From Daphnia carinata (lineage: Eukaryota): DNA of 64,000 bases. Of this stretch, positions 1 through 13,148 are shown piece by piece. The translations under genes were made by a program, and so were the position numbers. Below the pieces are notes generated by a model. The model was not told the DNA's origin and made no database searches. It was given only the letters and a program-made list of their open reading frames with translations. The stretch spans positions 3,162,001-3,226,000 of the forward strand of contig NC_081331.1 in the NCBI RefSeq assembly GCF_022539665.2, given 5' to 3'. Every line of letters begins with the position of its first letter. Position 1 is the first letter of the stretch.

Positions 1-3000
1 CCGATGATTGAATTTATGCCTTAGACACATGGTTTCTCCGCAACCCTATCGCTTACAGAAATAAAGAAAATAGCGCCATCGTTTCGTCTTCAGACGTTTA
101 ATCATCTAAAATTACAAGAGCACGTAACGTAGGGCTCTGTTGCCTGGAACTTTGCTGAGGTTGTTGTTACCGGTCACGAGATAATTACCGACGACTAGAG
201 GGGGCTATTCCGACATCATCGTTACTCCCATATTTTTTTTTTTTTTTTTGCCCCACATCCATCCATTGCCTTTCATCCGCTTTTAGTTGCTGCCTATGCC
301 TTTCTTTTTTGTTTTATTATTGATCATTTAATAGCTCTGGTCCTGAAGGAAGGGCTAATGGCTACTGTTTCGGAGCAATTATTGCGCTCAAAACTTTTTT
401 GTTTGACCGGTTTACACGGTACGCGTATGTTCTCACGCGCTCAATCCCAACATAGCGGACGCTTTCATTACGGCAAATCGCAATCGCTTCAATGGTGACA
501 TTTAGTACATGTATTCTTATGAATTCATTTGATATCGATATTTTTGTTTTCTAAGAAAATGATGCGATGGTAATGAACACAAACTTTACTCTTGTAATAA
601 AAGGTGGGGTGGGGGGTTGATCGATGCAAGTATTGGACGGTCACTATTAATAGGTAAAGTTAAACTAGTTCGTACCCCAAGAATTCTCATTACTGCAGTC
701 CGTTGCGTAACATCTTTCTACTCTATGCAAGAAGTTAAATTTAAAAACGAAGTTATTAGATGAGAATTAGGATTTCAGAAAAAAAAAAGACCTCGTCTTG
801 AATTTGTTTTTTAATGAAGAGTTCCGTCTTAACGAGTTTCAAATCCGCTTTGATTTGAATCGCATGCAATAGAGGATCAAGCAACACTCCCTCGTGTGTG
901 TTGCATTTGAGCGCACAGTCTTTGCCTTCGTCGAACGTTGCCTCATGAATTGTTTTATCTTGTGTATTTTTTCAAAGATAACAGCAACGTCTACAATCAT
1001 TTTTTTCCCCCAAAAAAGCGTCGTCAGCGTCCTTTCATTTTTATGCGACGTGCTCGGTAATGAGCAATAAATAAGCATTTTATTAAGCCGTTAACGACTT
1101 GCTTTATGCAGGGCCATTTCCAAGACTACAGACACAATTTGTAATCAAGGTCGATAGATGGAGAGACGGGCAGCTCATTTTTTTGTTTCGTTCTTATTTA
1201 CGCAACTTGATATTCTTTAAAAGAATAATCAACTGAATGATGACAGTAACGTGGAATGGCTGACACTAATTGAATTCATTACGCACTCTATAACGACGGC
1301 TTTATGATGTAGATATGGAGAGTAAGTCGTTCACGCGTGAGTAGAACGTCTGCCCATCAACAAACAGTTGGTGTAATGTGTTCTTATCTTGACCCTCTCC
1401 ACCCTCGCCATCACTCTGTTTGGTGTATTATTATTATTCATCCGTATACAACAACTAATGATAGCAAGTTGCGCCCGTTTTTGGCGTGTCTGTGTGTGCA
1501 ACATGTAAAAGAGAGTCCCTGTTTTCTCATCCGGAATCGCAAGTTTCAGCCACCGGATCTGCCCAAGAGGCTTACTAGTTAAATATTGTTTGTTTTTGAA
1601 TGAAGAGTAAGGGCGTATCTAATGTAAATGGATTAATGCCCACTTTATCTTGATTGAATTAACTGCAGGATACAGTCAAAAGTCACATTCAATTCCTGTT
1701 GGTAATCAAACACTAAGTGCCTTTCTCCGAAGACCAATAGCTGCGTTGCATTCGTGCGGACCCTGTGTTTGGCTTTTGCGTTACAGAGGGGAACCCTCAA
1801 CGAATAAAAGTCTACACTGGCATTGAGTACCTTCTTAGTTCTTTTGAACGAAAAGCCGAGTTTACTATTTTCTCTTGTTGCCTATTGAAACATGATCAAA
1901 TTGATTCGAGCGTTTCGATAGGGGGGGGATCATGGTTTATTTCCATTCTGCTTCTTTCCTCGTTTCTTCGTTTGTATTAAATGGTCATGGGAAATCAATA
2001 TCAAGCTTTAAATTATTTTCGACGCACTGCTCGATAGAGCGAAACGTTAAATTTTTTTGTTTTTTTTAAAGGAAAAGCTGAATTTTGAAGAAAAGAGATT
2101 TTCTTTTTTCCGATTGGATGGAGTGATTTAAAAATCGGCGCCTATTTTTCCTTTTGTTCCGCCATCGAACCTACCATTTTCATCTTGTCAGTTTAGATCT
2201 TTCGCCGCAATCGTCTTCTCCTTTTAAAATCCTGTTGGAAGAGATAGATTTTTTTCACTTTAAGTTATAGAAAGAGAAGATGACAAGAAACGTCTTTGCT
2301 TTTCTATGCTTTTGTGTCACTCCCTAACGATTCGTTCCTGTCGGCTTGGGCCAAACTGCGAATGTGTCGGCGACGAAATTTTTTTTTTCCGCCGGAAGAG
2401 CGTAACGACGAACGAAAGGAAACTTCGTTTCTACTGACGTTCGCACAATGTTCTTGTACATGTGTCAATATCAACTGACTTTAGCCGAACGAATCTCGAA
2501 TCTCTTTTTTTTTATTATTCGCATTATCAATAAAAAAATCGATATATAAATGGGATTGATACTTTGATCGGCTAAATCGCGCAAACTGTATAGATTCAGC
2601 AATTGTGTATAGTAACAATATGTATGATTTCTCATAACCGGCTTACGTATCCTTAGCGCATTGCACATTGTTTTATATTTGAACTAACACACAAGCTAAT
2701 TTTAAAATCCTTTTTCTTTTCAAATTAGAGGTTCACTAACTTTTAATGATTGTCCTTTGATCAACGAAAAGTTTGATTTCTTGTTCGATTAGCTTGGATT
2801 TTAGAGTTGGACTTGGCCGATCAATAATCCGGTTTCAAAAAGAACGCGCAACTTTTGAAACGCGATTTACGATTCACTATTTCGTGCATCATTTTGAAAT
2901 CAAATTCGTACCTAATAATGATTGCCAGTTGGGCACTATTAAACATTTCTTATTGTTTTTATTTCTCTTCTAGTTTGATCGGTAAAGTTTTTATTTTCGT

Positions 3001-4234
3001 ATGCTACTGGATCCGTTTCTAGAGAGGGTCGGCCCTTTTTGTGCCAATCTCTCTACACCAATTCTCTATGTCTAGATTATGCGGATAAGATTTTCATTCT
3101 TGTTGATCGATTGATACGCCCCCCTTGGCCAACTCCTTTCTTTACGAGCGATCAAAAAAAGGGAAGGAAAAAGATGGAGGCAGCTGGATGTTGGCCAAAA
3201 TCCATTTGCCCATCTGATTTTTATGATACTTTTTTTTGTTCTTCCCTCCCAGTTATTCTTATTCCTTGTATAGATATTATTTTGCTTCTTTAAAAAAAAA
3301 AAAAAAAAAAAGGTATCAGCTGGCCAATAAGAGCCAGCTATCTCGAAAAGACCAATGGAAAAGGCGACCAAAACTTTAACAAAAAAGTAGTCTCGTAATA
3401 GAATATCTGAGCTTGGATAAATCAGGATCAAAGTTTGAACATATTTTTTGTTTTATAATCCTTTATGCAAAGACGTTCATAATACCGGTATGAAAACTTC
3501 GAGTAACCTATCACGAAAGTTTTGTTTAAAAAAAAAAAAAACTCGAGTCGAAACACGTGAAAGGATTCCCAGCTCAATAACTGTAGACGTTTCTTTTTAC
3601 ATATGCAAAAAAAAAAAAAAAAAAATGGTGGATCGAAAAGAAAGAAAGAGTCTAAAAAAGTGCCAATAAGATGGATGACTGTGGCATATCATTGAAACAA
3701 AAAAACAAAAAAAAACATTTGCTTTTTCTTATTCGTTTTCGCAGCGATTATTTTTCTTTCAAATTAGAGGAAAAATGTCAAACTGAAATAATAATAATGA
3801 GCACACTATTTTTCGAACGACGCATCATTTTTCTGTTGACCTTTTCACACATTCTTGGAGATTCTGCTTTTCTTGTTATTGTGTTTATTGCTTTTTTTTT
3901 ACGTCACATATTTCATGGTGTTCTCCGCGACTTATGGTGCAAGACAAGCGCGCCTCGTTTGCGAGTCGGGATCAGTACAGTCTCGTCCACAGATCAATTT
4001 GGATTGGCTTATTTATCTGCTTTTCGTTGATGAAAATCCCAGTATTAGTGTCCAGCCAAACTTGCAACACCTCTTCTCCTATCTTCAACTGATTTCCGTT
4101 TTCATTACGCAACTATTTCCAACGAAAGAAAACAAGAAAATGTTTCAATGTTTCATGCTCTGCAAACCTAACAAACAATTCTTTTTTTTCTTTTTCATTT
4201 TATCTTTGGTACGTCACGGCTTCCCTCGCAACAG

Positions 4235-6929
4235 GAGACGGCCATGAGGAGCAGCCCTTTGTCACTGACAAGAAGGAGAATGACCTGAGCGGCTACGAGC
4301 GCAATCTCTACCTCTACCATGTAAGTAACAACGAAAATAAATATGTGTCCCTTTCATAGCCGTGTTAGCATTTTGTTTGGTGGAAACCATAACAGTATAC
4401 GCGGCAAGAATGCATTTCTTGCCAAAAAGAAAAATGAATGAAGAGAAACCTTTGCTATTAAAAGACACGTATGTACAAAATATAAATGTGTATAACGAAA
4501 TCAACTCGGCTCAGCAGCCGAGAAAGACGAAGCTCGGGGCTCCTTTTAATCTGATTGCATTTTCGCCTGGTTCAGTGTATTGACCCGGTCTCTTTTTTTT
4601 TTTCTTTTTTCTTTTTTATCTCAATTGCTTGCGCGTTCGTGCAGGAGGAGACCGAAGAAGGCCGTCCCAGGGTGGCGACGCTGGTTAGCTCGCTGGCCAA
4701 CTACAGCGCCACGGTCCAAGCCCCAACGGATCCGGACTCGACTGATAAGCCAAAGAGCTCTCCCAAACTGGGCACGCTGGCCGGCGTCTACTTCCCTTGC
4801 ATGCAGAACATCTTCGGCGTCATCCTCTTCATCCGAATGACGTGGATTATCGGAACAGCCGGCGTCATCCAGGGATTTTGCATCATCACCATGTGTTGCA
4901 CCTGCGTAAGTGACGATTGGACGTTTAAGAAACTGTGCATATGTCAGTCGAAATCGATTTGCTGTTGATGGCTCTTGTCCGGTTATGTTGGCCGTCTTCC
5001 AATGGAATGAATCCAAGTTCCAAAGAGATGGGAACATATACAAAAGAGATACGTTTCGATTGATTTCGACGAGGATTTTGTTGGTTTCGTTCAATTGAAA
5101 AGGAAAATAAGATAAGAAAAGGCAGCCCAGATAAAAGTCGAATCACATGGAAGAATAAGAGAGTTTAAGACGATTGACTTTATCCAACAAACGGTTCATG
5201 ACTCTTTTTAGAAAAAAAAATCGTGTGTGGGATTCTTTTGTGTCTGAAATGGAGAATGGGATTTGACGTTTCTTTCTTTTTCGCATTCATTTTTCATTCT
5301 ATTCTCCGGCCCACTGGACCCTGGGTTTGTTTTCGTGCCTCACGCTTTCACGTCATCCGAAATGATGGCTGGTGATGTTTTATTTGCTTCTACCCGTGCA
5401 GACTATGTTGACGGCCATTAGTATGAGTGCTATTGCAACGAACGGGGTCGTGCCGGCGGGAGGTCCCTACTTTATGATCTCCCGCAATTTGGGTCCCGAG
5501 TTCGGCGGCGCTATAGGCCTCCTCTTCTTCATCGGAACGACATTCGCTGCCTCCATGTACATCGTTGGTGGCATTGAAATTCTGGTGGTAAGTTTTGACA
5601 CATATATTTATTTTTTTGGCACATTTTCTAATGCGATGCTGTTTGATTCAAAGAATTACATCGCGCCTCAAATCGCCCTGTTTGGTGATCCGGCCAAAGA
5701 TCCGGAGGTCTTGTACAACAATTTACGGTTGTACGGGACGGCCCTGTTGTTCATCATGGGTGTAGTGGTGTACATCGGCGTCAAGCCCGTGAGTAAGGCC
5801 GCCCCGTTGGTCTTGCTTTGCGTCATCCTCTCCATCATCTCCATCTACGTCGGCATCGGTCTCAACTGGAACGGTTCCGATAAGCTGTGGTAAGTTGTTC
5901 TTCTTTCTTTGATCACTTCTCTTCATACTCGCATTCTTCCCTTTTCTTGTGTGTTACTCGAGATCTTTTGCCGGTCTTAGACAAGTCCGAGAGGAGTCAT
6001 GACAACCGGAACAGATTGCTTCCTTCCGTCCCCAACAAAAAAAAATATAAGGGATCATTTTTCAGCTCCTGTGCGATCTATTGTCCTCGTTGGCAGAGCC
6101 TATCCTGTCAGTGGGGCGTCCCCGTAAATAGTGGGGGGATGCTGAATATATATCATGTTGACGCTTAAACCTAGCAGCATGAAAAAAATGTATGTATTGT
6201 CCTTTGCGTGATAAGAAACGTTTCTTTTTTTAAGTATCAGGAAACTACTCTTTTAATGTAAAAGCCCATTTAGGTCGTTTGCTGCCCAGATCCTATTTCA
6301 AAACAAGATTTTCTTTTGTTTTTAGTTTGCGGATTAGAAGATCATTGAAATTTTTAAAAAATCCTAGGAAGTAGTTGATGAAATAAAAGATAGTTTCCAA
6401 GCAAAAATCTGTTAGGAAAAGAGCCGCTTGATAGTTCAGGAAAGAAAGGATGAACTTTGGCTACTTTCGAAAGCAATTGGCAAATATAAAAACCCGACAG
6501 GGGAAAAGGGTAGGTAGATGGCCAAAGATGGTGTCTTTTATCCAGCGATGGACTAATACGAGTAAAAGTCCTTGAAAAAGTTGTTGAATCAACTATTCAG
6601 ATACACCCGACGAGGAAAAAAGTTTTTTAATTAGACGGAAAGTTTTCGATCCTTTGTCTGTGTTCTCCGTACACACTTATCTATGCGTTTTGTGGGAACA
6701 CATCAAGTTGCTGTGTGCTATTCGCTCTTTTCATCCCGACTTTCGACAATAGGTCACTCATGTGATCGCCATTTCCAATCGCAATATTTCAGTTGCGTTC
6801 CTACGTTTCGGAATGTCCTGCGTTATAATCAACGATCTTGACAATAACAGCATTTTGAGGCATCCTTTATGAAGATGCCTGCCGGATGGCATCCTGAGTA
6901 TTCGTGCGCCCTTCGCTGTTCGTGTTATT

Positions 6930-6972
<43 letters not shown>

Positions 6973-7014
6973 AGATCTTTACCATTTAAAATTTTCCCCC
7001 CCCCCCCCCCCCCC

Positions 7015-7050
<36 letters not shown>

Positions 7051-10000
7051 AGATTAGAAATTCTGTTGGCGGTTGCCTATGGTTATGATGGTATGCCAAT
7101 GTCTTTGGTATTGCGCTGTTTTTTCGTTCGCCCATTGAACGGAGAACGAAAACAAAAGGCGGCTTTCATATTGCTTTTATGCGTGTCAATGCAATAACAT
7201 CTTATATAGGATGAAAATCATTGGCTGTATAAAATCTTATGGGTTTGTGTAAAGAAGCCGATTGGCAAGTTCTACGTTTGGTTCGGGATCGAAAACACTT
7301 GAGACCGCTTTATTGACGAGCAAAATGAACGGAAACCGTTTCTTTTTTTTTTTTACTTTCTGGTGCCACACCCTTTTGTGTGTGCCTTAGCAGATCCGTT
7401 CGTGTTAGGATGAAGACGGGTCATGCGAATTGAGAAGCCCGCCGGATCGGCCATATCTTCCAGTGTATCCGTTTAGCTTTCTTTGCACTCTTTACACATT
7501 TAGGACATATCGGCCGGATCGATAAATCCCACTCGCGCCGTTAGCCTTATTTCTTTAGGGAGGAGAATGGCTACTGTAAAAAGAAGTGGAAGCCAAGCTT
7601 AAAAAAAAAAAAAAAAAAAAAAAAAGAAATCGAATACTAAAAGAATATGAAAGAAGATGAAAGAAAAGTACAGATTACATACATCTTTTGATGAGACTAC
7701 GAAAATATGCAGTAGATCGATGAAATGCATTTACGCAGTGTTTGCCCTCGGAGCTCGTCTAGTTTTATTCAACTCATTCATGGAAGTCGATTTTTTTTTC
7801 CTATTGATATGATGCATTTGTATTCAGTCGTCGTCGCCATTGCTATGGGTATGAAGTTCGACGACTTTATGTATCCTATCTTTACGCATTTTAGCCTATA
7901 GTAATGGCTTCGTGGTATACGAAGCAGAAAATCCATTTGTCTTGTTTAGCCATGTATACATCGCCTGGTATATCCTACCCTATTTTTCGTCAATTGCTTT
8001 GGATATGTGTAAGCTTAGAAACCAACAGGCAAAACGTCCCTGACGACGAGTTGCTTCTGGGAGGTATTATTTGAATTGTAATTTGATAAAGGAACGCAAC
8101 GTTCAGCATCGTAGATCTTCCGCAACAGTCTATAACCGTAGATGCCTGGACGTGACGGAGCTTTTTACTTCCCCATAAATTGAATTGATTTACACAATTG
8201 CCTATGCAAATGTCGTCAGTCATGCAAAATATTATGACTTCACAATCGATTCAATTCAAAAGAAATTTAATTGATTGGATTTATTTATTTATTTATTTTT
8301 TTGCAGGATGTGTTTGCTGGGCAATCGATTACTATCTCAAGAACATTCTGGCAATTGTACGAAAGAGGAAGGATCGGCATTATGGAACCTCTACTGCAAA
8401 TATCAAGACGAATTGGTTGAAGGTGTCACAACTCTCGGTGCAAATCTGACCAGCAGGGTAGTGAAATGCGATCCTTATTTCCTTTCGCACAACACCTCGC
8501 TCGTTCCAGGCATCCGTGGATTGGCCAGCGGCGTTTTCATTGGTACCTATATCTTCCCTTGTGCTATAATCAAAGCATCCACTAAGTAATAGTTTCACAT
8601 CTTCCGTGTTTCTTCTAGAAAACCTTGGGGCTTGGCATTTGTCAGACGGGCAGGTAGTGGCAAGAACCATGAACCCAGTGGACATTGAGACCCTGGACCA
8701 GCCAACTTACAATCAGGTGTTAGCTGATATTTCCACATCGTTCACCTTATTGGTTGGCATTTACTTCCCTAGCGTCACCGGTATGAAAACTTTATACTCA
8801 AATTCATGTTGATGGAAGGCAATAAACAAACATAAAATATAATGCATTTCCTGGTTTAGGTATCATGGCCGGCTGCAACCGTTCGGGCGACTTGGCCGAT
8901 GCTCAACGCTCTATCCCCATCGGAACTATTTGCGCCATTTTGACAACCAGTTTCGTTTACATCAGCGCCGTCTTCCTGTTTGGTGCCTCGTTCGACGGAC
9001 TCCTCATGAGAGACAAGTACGTCGTAATTCACTTTTTCTTTAATGTGTAGTTCCACTATGCGAGAGAGTCGGCCATCTTATTTCTCGGTCCATATCAGTA
9101 TCGATAACTGATTTTGCAATGTCGCGCTGTGAATCGAGTGCAGACGCTTGTTCAGGTTTCAAATTGAATTATCGCATGCAGTTGGCTGAAATTCCGGCTC
9201 ACCTTGTTATTCTTCTATTTGGAAGGTTGCCGTTATGTATTTCCCCCCTCTTGTCGACTTATCCGATATTGAGAAAAACTGTCAACGCTGTATTTCGTTT
9301 GATGGAGAAGATGTGGCGAACCACAACAAAGAGTTAGGTCACTAGTCAGTCGGGTGGGACAATAACCGGGGACATAAAAAAAAAAGGAAGATGAAAAATG
9401 CCGAGACTAAAAAAGAAATCCACTTTGATGTGCAAAATTTTTCCCTGTGATAAGACGTAAAAAAAAATCCCATTAGAACACGCATGGATACAGAAAGAAA
9501 CGTCAAGAAAGAGGAGTACTTGTGCATTCATAAGTTTTTTTGATCCACCGTCGGTTCGTCAACGAAGGAACATCTTGTCATCTGCAATTCCTCGAACATC
9601 GAATCTCGTCAGAACGACCAAAGTCAAAATGCAAAATGATTCGTGCAGAATGATGGCTTGCAATCATCTATGCTACATGGCCAAAATTGGAGCCAATTGA
9701 GAGTGTTGTAAAAAGAAGCTGCTAGCGACAGCTGACGGCATTTTCATATTCACAGTAGTAGTGATTTGTTCAGATATTTCCCCCCCCCCCCCCTCCTTTT
9801 TGTGGTTAAAATATGAAAATGTTTGGATGTAGACTTGGAGGTTGGAGGCCGTTATGTCACGAGGGTGATCGATATTCTAACCCGAGGTTCCCAACCCGAC
9901 GATCCCTAGTCGATCGTTATAAATCACCAAGTCAGGAAAGGGGAGATTACCATAGACAAAGGAAAATAGATAAGAGGTCATGTTACAATTCCCAGTAATG

Positions 10001-13000
10001 GAATCTCAGTGAAATTCAACAACAAATCATAACACTGTTTGCAATCAATGTCGAAGAAAACCGATCGATGACTAGACCGAACATTCATCGATTATTTCAC
10101 CATATCATCACCATTTGATCGATAGTCTATAGGGTCTTTTCCGATATATTATTCATACCGGCCGGGAACATTTAAAATCGTGGTTCATGTTTTTATTATT
10201 ATTTTTTTTGTTAAATTCGTTTCCGCATAGGTTTGGAACAAGTGTGGGAGGCAGTTTAGTGGTCGCCAATTTAGCGTGGCCCAATGAATGGGTCATTCTG
10301 ATCGGCAGTTTTATGGCCACGACGGGTGCTGGCCTGCAAAGTCTTATTTCAGCACCTCGGCTCCTTTATGCCATTTCCAAAGATAATTTAGTGCCCATGC
10401 TTAACCCATTCTCAGTCCTATCGGCTTCTGGGGAACCCACTCGGGCCCTCATGCTCACTCTGGGTAAGGAAATGAAAAGATTTATTTTTTAATTCAACAC
10501 GTTTGTTTAGCAGACGAGAGCCCTATGAACTTAATGATTGAAAAGAAGTTGTCTGCTAACGAGAATCCATTTAAAAAAATTTTTAATTTAAAAAAAAACT
10601 AGCCATTTGCCAGTTTGGAGTCCTACTGGGCAACGTCGACATCCTCGCCCCGCTGCTCTCCATGTTCTTCTTGATGCTCTACGGATTCATCAATTTAGCC
10701 TGTGCCCTGCAGACACTTTTGCGAACGCCCAATTGGCGACCCCGATTCAAATACTATCATTGGTATTCTGCGAAAACAAAAACACGACCATCTCTTAGTA
10801 GACGTACTTTGATGTGAATGAACATTTATTAGGTCGTTGTCTTTTATCGGAGCGTCGCTGTGCGTGGCCGTCATGTTCATGTCCAGTTGGCTCTATGCTC
10901 TCATCGCCATTGCCCTGGCCACCATCATCTACAAGTACATCGAATATCGCGGGTAAGCCTGAAAATTCAATCACGCGAACGGCGCTGGCCAGCCTTTGAA
11001 ATACTTAATGATGTTGTGCATCTTTTATTTATTGACAGTGCCGAGAAGGAGTGGGGAGACGGGATAAGCGGCCTGGCCCTGAGTGCCGCCCGCTTTAGTT
11101 TACTTCGGCTCGAAGAGGGTCCGCCCCACATCAAAAATTGGCGTCCACAGATCCTGACCCTATGCAAAATGAATGCCTATCACACACCGAAACAACGCAA
11201 ACTGTTGGCTCTCGCTTCGCAGTTGAAAGCTGGCAAGGGATTGGCTGTCGCCTCTTCCATCCTCCAAGGTAAATTACCGTTATCGACTACCCTTCTCTTT
11301 TCCTAGTAATTTTTTAATGCGCAATCTAATCTCATCCAATCAGGTGACGTCGCTTTGTGCGCTGAAGAAGCAGTCACTGCCAAACAAAATTTGCGCAAAG
11401 CCATGGATGATGAGAAAGTGAAAGGATTCGCCAACGTACTCGTTGCCAAGGATGTTGGCCAAGGCATCGTTCATCTGTAAGTTCTGTCGCGAAAATTGTA
11501 ATCATTTGGTTGTTGGATCCAATCTTGACAAATTATCTGCAATTTTTGCAGGATCCAGACGACCGGCCTCGGTGGATTAAAACCCAACACGGTGATCTTT
11601 GGCTGGCCAAACGAGTGGCGACAGAGTATGGAGGAGGATCGATCGTGGCGCGTCTTTGTCGACGCCATTCACGCCACGGCGGCCAACAAGATGGCGCTGG
11701 TGGTGCCCAAAGGAATCGCTTCCTTCCCGGAGTCCAACGAGAAGGTGCGTTTCCGTATCGTTCGTCATACCCAGCTATCATGATTCTGTTGAACCAATCA
11801 AAATTTGATGATTGCATCCGGATTTCATTAAAATTTCTTCGATTTCATCAAATCCTTCAGATATACGGGCATATCGACGTTTGGTGGGTCGTTCATGATG
11901 GTGGTTTGCTGATGTTGCTGCCCTTCTTATTACGTCAGCATCGCACGTGGCGTCACTGCAAGATGCGTCTCTTCACGGTCGCCCAGCTAGAAGATAATTC
12001 CATTCAAATGAAGAAAGATCTAAAGACATCGCTTTACAATCTGCGTATCGACGCTGAAGTTGAAGTTGTCGAAATGGTTCGTGATCTCTCACATTTTTCC
12101 AAGGCAGGTTTAACTTTTTTTTTTCTTCCATTACCAGATGGATAGCGACATCTCGGCTTATACTTACGAACGGACTCTGGTGATGGAACAGCGCAATCAA
12201 ATGCTGAAGGAGATGCAACTCAACAAGCGAGAGTCATCTGGCGTGAGTGCAGTGAGTTTCAATGTCTTTTTGTTCCTTTCACGTTCGAAAATCACGATCG
12301 AAAATTTACAAAATATCGTATTTTGTGCTCTTTCCTAACAAACAACCTTCTCTTTACTATTTCTCTTGAATTTTGCTCTCTCCTTCTCAAAGGAGGTCGG
12401 TGAGGTAAGTTCAATCTCAGGTTCATTACATTCCAAATTGAACTCCCTGAATGTGCTATCAAAGGATTCTCTCATGTACAAGTCTAACCATTAAAATTAA
12501 TCTGTTTATTCTTTATCCGTCTGGTGTAGGTACAAGCCGTAGTGGATCAGCATCGGCACAATGTCAAGGTTCGATTCCAAGATGAAACAGCTGTACAACA
12601 TCAACCTGAAGCGGAAAGTGTAAAGGAAGTTAAAGTGGAACAGTCAGCTGAATCAGCCGCAGCAGTGACTCCATCTGGCGATGCTTTACCTGCCAGTGAT
12701 AATTCTGCCCAGAAAAATGCTGTCGTTATCCCAACCGTTTCGGTTGAAGCTCCACCACCAAGTCCAACGTCTTCCGAACGTGTTGAACAGCAACGTCCCA
12801 CTCCCGTTGCTAAGAGCAAGAAGGAGACTCTGCAGGAGCCGGATGCGGACAACGTCCGACGGATGCACACGGCCGTCAAGCTCAATGAAGTCATTGTCCA
12901 GCGGTCGCACGATGCTCAACTGGTCGTGCTCAATTTGCCATCGCCGCCCAAGCAAACCCGCCAATCAGGAGGCTCGAACTGTAAGTTTCAATTGCGTCTT

Positions 13001-13148
13001 TATTTTCTGCTACTTCAATTTTGGTACGAATCTTTGATTCTTTTCTTCTTCTGCAGACATGGAGTTTTTAGAAGTGTTAACAGAGGGTCTAGACCGAGTC
13101 CTCATGGTAAAAGGATGCGGGCGTGAAGTTGTTACTATCTATTCTTAG
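4235..13148 (+). CDS. kcc: K-Cl cotransporter (SLC12A4-7/KCC family, kazachoc-like), 5'-partial, ~1090 codons assembled
   Basis: Phase-consistent GT-AG exons: 4235-4320, 4645-4905, 5402-5587, 5654-5889, 8307-8542, 8619-8780, 8860-9016, 10231-10463, 10603-10762, 10833-10952, 11039-11268, 11344-11476, 11552-11744, 11861-12076, 12138-12242 (alt end 12251), [12393-12404 microexon], 12530-12980, 13057-13148 (TAG). KCC motifs: [119 protein letters not shown]. The first exon found starts in phase 1, so the start codon lies further upstream. Confidence 0.96.
6932..7048. repeat. Homopolymer cluster T40...C20-A33 in a kcc intron
   Basis: T 6932-6971, C 6996-7015, A 7016-7048, read directly. Confidence 0.85.
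12393..12404 (+). CDS. kcc: Candidate 12-nt in-frame microexon of kcc (EVGE)
   Basis: Long pyrimidine tract ending ...tccttctcaaag|GAGGTCGGTGAG|gtaagt with a consensus donor and a ctaac branch-like motif near 12335. Phase 0 on both sides, matching the flanking exons. Confidence 0.75.
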
